Below, in pieces: positions 37,201 to 39,257 of a stretch of 39,257 bases of DNA (positions are counted from its first letter, which is position 1; each line of letters opens with the position of its first letter). The position numbers and the translations under genes were made by a program. The stretch is from contig JAZDJU010000080.1 of NCBI GenBank assembly GCA_043803685.1, positions 1-39,257 on the forward strand, in the 5' to 3' direction. Source of the stretch: Candidatus Omnitrophota bacterium. GTDB taxonomy: Bacteria > Omnitrophota > Omnitrophia > Omnitrophales > Aquincolibacteriaceae. The notes below the pieces were generated by a model. The model searched no databases and had not been told where the DNA came from. It worked only from the letters and a program-made list of their open reading frames with translations.

Positions 37201-39257
37201 CTCCGTCGCATTGATCTGCTGCAAAGCCACCTGACCGTGGGTCCACGCCAGGTTAAAAACACGGTCGGCCAGATTCCGGTCCCTGTATTTTTCCATGAGC
37301 GCCTGAGCGGCCTCCCGGTTCTCGCACATCCCGGTCACATAATCGATCACGGCCGATTCGTCGGGCGCCAGTTCGATACGGCACCTTATCGAAACAATCG
37401 GGTCAAGCACAGAGCCTTCACTGTCCGAAAGTTGACTTCCCACTTCCATCGCTACCGGATCCACCACCGTATGGCCCCGTCCAATAAATTTGTTACGATC
37501 CGTTTCATAAGAAGCCCCCACGACCGCATCGCCGTGGACGGCCATCAGATGAAGCATCCAGGGAAACACTTCTTTGTCGGAACGCGGCCGCCGCTGGCAA
37601 AGAATCGCCTGGTGGGATCTGATGATCTCGGTCTGGACGAAAAGATTACTGAACGCCCGGTGGGCCTGGTCGCTCGCGGGATCGTTCAGGACCACTTCCG
37701 CGTAGCTGGTCACTTCGATGATGCGCCGGTTACGGGACCGGTTGGTGAGAGTCACGCGGCGCAGTTCGATGTCATCTTCCGGAGAGACCGCGATCTCGGT
37801 ATGCGTTTCGATCTGGTGGTCCCGCCGTTTGAATTCCACCCAGGCTTGGGAAAAAAGAGCTTCATAGTGCTTGGATTTTTTTTGCGACGGCTGATAGGCC
37901 GAGGACCAGAACTGGCCGGACTCCACGTCCCGGAGATAAATAAAGGTACCGTCGTTATCGAGCGCCGCGTCCTCGTTCCATCGCGTCACCGCGAAATTTC
38001 GCCATCGGCTGTACCCGCCGCCGGCGTTGGTGACCATCACATGGTACCGGCCGTTGGAAAGCGGATGGACTTCCGGCACCGGAGTTTGAGGGGTCGTAAA
38101 GACACGCAGGAGCGTTTCCCTTTCTCCGAATTTCCGGAGCATGCCGGTCACTTCGAAATCATAGAGGAACGGCTCGGCGGTCGGGATCTTTTCCTGAAGA
38201 AGCAGTTCCGTCGATTTGAACATCGGCTCCGCGAGAAAGCGTCTCTGCATCGGACGACCCAGAAGCACATACGCGAGAGACAGCAAACTCATGCCTTGAT
38301 GATGCGCCATGTAGGATTTCACGACTGCGCGAGTCTCATCCGGAGCGAGACGCGCGGGTGTGTAATCGATCGCTTCATAGAGGCCGTAAAGCCCGCCAGA
38401 GCCTTCGGTGGAGAGGCGCTCGAGATTCTCGCAGGCCTTCTCAGGCTCCACCATCAACGCCAGCATCGTGGCATAAGGGGCCACGACAAGGTCCTCCGCG
38501 AGGCCCCGTTTGAAACCCATATCCGGAACCCCGAACGAGTGGTACTGATAGACCATGTTCGCGTCGATCTTGTTGTAGCCGGATTCCGAAATCCCCCAGG
38601 GAATATTATTCTTGGCGGCATACCGGATCTGACCGCTGACCGCGGCTTTGTAAGTCTGGTCCAGCAGGCTCCCTTCATAGGTCGGCATCACGAGGAGAGG
38701 CATGAGATATTCAAACATTGAGCCGCCCCAGGAAACCAGGACAGGATCCCCCTCCGATTTTGAGATCATCCTGCCAAGCTTGAACCAATGATCCTGCGGC
38801 ATTCTCCCTTGAGCGATCGCGACAAAACTGCAGAGCCGAGCCTCGGACGCCAGAAGGTCATAACACCCGCGATCCACCTTGTGCTCGGTGACATTATATC
38901 CGATGGAAAGGAGGCGCGATCCCTTGTCGTACAGGAATTCGTATTCAATGCCGGAGACTTCGTTACACCGCAAGACAATATAATCGATCGCCTTGATCCT
39001 CTCTGCGGACCGCGTCCCGGCATCCTTGACCGCATCACGTAATTTCAAAAACCAATCGTGGCCTCTTCGAGATTGATCATCCGTGACGATCATCTCTCCA
39101 ATGATCTCCTCTATCAGAGGGACCATCTTCAGCTCGAGACGCGCCACTTCCCCGAGCGCGGGGATCTTATCCAAAGACTGTAAAGCCTCCCGGAGCAGAG
39201 CCAACCGTTTTAGCTGCCTTTCATCCCCCACATCCCACATCCCCGGCATTTCCGGCG
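34249..39257 (-). CDS. ndvB: Cyclic beta-1,2-glucan synthase / GH94 phosphorylase (NdvB/ChvB-like), 5' end outside the window
   Basis: YDLLASEARL, SWGGSMFEYLMP, WGISES, two GH94 beta-sandwich repeats (LSNGRY, PWVNVLAN), QSGGAFGFRDQLQD, GDWNDGMN, ENGGQYTH, GWTWYTGSA. The frame is open to the window edge. Confidence 0.92.
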   Translation of the reverse strand, partial: PEMPGMWDVGDERQLKRLALLREALQSLDKIPALGEVARLELKMVPLIEEIIGEMIVTDDQSRRGHDWFLKLRDAVKDAGTRSAERIKAIDYIVLRCNEVSGIEYEFLYDKGSRLLSIGYNVTEHKVDRGCYDLLASEARLCSFVAIAQGRMPQDHWFKLGRMISKSEGDPVLVSWGGSMFEYLMPLLVMPTYEGSLLDQTYKAAVSGQIRYAAKNNIPWGISESGYNKIDANMVYQYHSFGVPDMGFKRGLAEDLVVAPYATMLALMVEPEKACENLERLSTEGSGGLYGLYEAIDYTPARLAPDETRAVVKSYMAHHQGMSLLSLAYVLLGRPMQRRFLAEPMFKSTELLLQEKIPTAEPFLYDFEVTGMLRKFGERETLLRVFTTPQTPVPEVHPLSNGRYHVMVTNAGGGYSRWRNFAVTRWNEDAALDNDGTFIYLRDVESGQFWSSAYQPSQKKSKHYEALFSQAWVEFKRRDHQIETHTEIAVSPEDDIELRRVTLTNRSRNRRIIEVTSYAEVVLNDPASDQAHRAFSNLFVQTEIIRSHQAILCQRRPRSDKEVFPWMLHLMAVHGDAVVGASYETDRNKFIGRGHTVVDPVAMEVGSQLSDSEGSVLDPIVSIRCRIELAPDESAVIDYVTGMCENREAAQALMEKYRDRNLADRVFNLAWTHGQVALQQINATEASAQLYGRLASAILYANPSWRASASVLRRNNRGQPDLWGYSISGDLPIVLVRIENQDNIELVVQMMQAHAYWRMKGLAVDLVIWNEDSSIYRDSLGERISGLIIADAEERAGQKGGIFLRRADQMSDEDKILMQTVARIIISDRGGTLAEQLEDVTQPKVNFLPFVPTRKDDPGDEDQGPGERSDLVYYNGVGGFTGDGREYVITTSSVKTTPAPWVNVLANRHFGTVISESGGAYTWSENAHEFRLTPWKNDAVTDASGEALYIRDDESGRFWSPTPLPATGKTRYTARHGFGYSIFEHAENGIVSELTVFVSLEDRVKFSKLKIRNISGRRRCLSATAYFELVMGTFRDKYHTHIVTEIDPKSGALLARNPYNKEFPDRTVFLDVSEPTRFVTGDRIEFIGRNGTMASPSVMRRDRLSGKVGAGIDPCVATQVKFELADHEEKEVLFTFGSGQTVEDARNLVRRFNGTDAARQELERVWEYWKQTLGVVYVETPDTSIDFLVNGWLQYQIISCRLLGRSGFYQSGGAFGFRDQLQDVMALIHSKPEMVREQLLTFAGHQFVEGDVQHWWHPPSGRGVRSQCSDDYLWLPFVTCLYVEKIGDTGILDETIGFLEGPLVKPTEESYYDQPRAAARAGTLYEHCVLSVKRGLKFGAHGLPLMGSGDWNDGMNLVGFEGKGESVWLAFFLYDVLKAMAVLAAQRGDPDFSEFCTVEAGKLAQNIEEHGWDGEWYRRAYFDNGDPLGSSQNTECRIDSIPQSWAVISGAVQKERARKAMDQVDRQLVDRKHSLVKLFDPPFNKAFPNPGYIKGYVPGVRENGGQYTHAAVWAAIAFAVIGDQKRAWELLSMINPVHHGDTAEKCAVYKVEPFVMAGDVYVSPGLAGRGGWTWYTGSASWMYQLIVKYLLGIRLKVDRIYFEPCLPAEWSSWKLHYRYRETFHHITFIRSGPSDHVTSVTLDGVVQEEKTLRLVDDRIEHVAEVKIG

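Noticed and set aside
36994..38721. 575-aa plus-strand ORF
   Set aside because: Antisense shadow of the ndvB-like gene.

Overview
Bacterial genomic window, probably Omnitrophota (an inference from the giant-gene architecture, not from a marker gene). Positions 1-13172 hold the 5' part of one giant minus-strand CDS of at least 4390 codons that runs off the left edge without a stop, so the ORF track misses it. Translated by hand, it reads like a polyprotein: an N-terminal Sec signal and a TraB/Tiki-like domain, then enzyme-like modules (two HExxH zincins, JAB/MPN, an endonuclease IV-like TIM barrel, two transglutaminase-like + TPR units, a second TraB/Tiki-like domain). Eight RSExR motifs fall at the module boundaries, and three modules start right after the motif with their own Sec or Tat signal peptide. 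The rest is mostly housekeeping: lpxA; trpS-scpA-scpB-pheA-hisC-aroF-tyrA and rpsA-fabF, with 7/8-mer inverted repeat arrays at many gene junctions; a histidine kinase, a lipoprotein and a non-heme haloperoxidase-like hydrolase; a P-type ATPase/CNNM/hflC/hflK cluster behind a candidate nhaA-I-like (Li+/Na+) riboswitch and terminator; and the 3' part of a cyclic beta-1,2-glucan synthase/GH94 gene.
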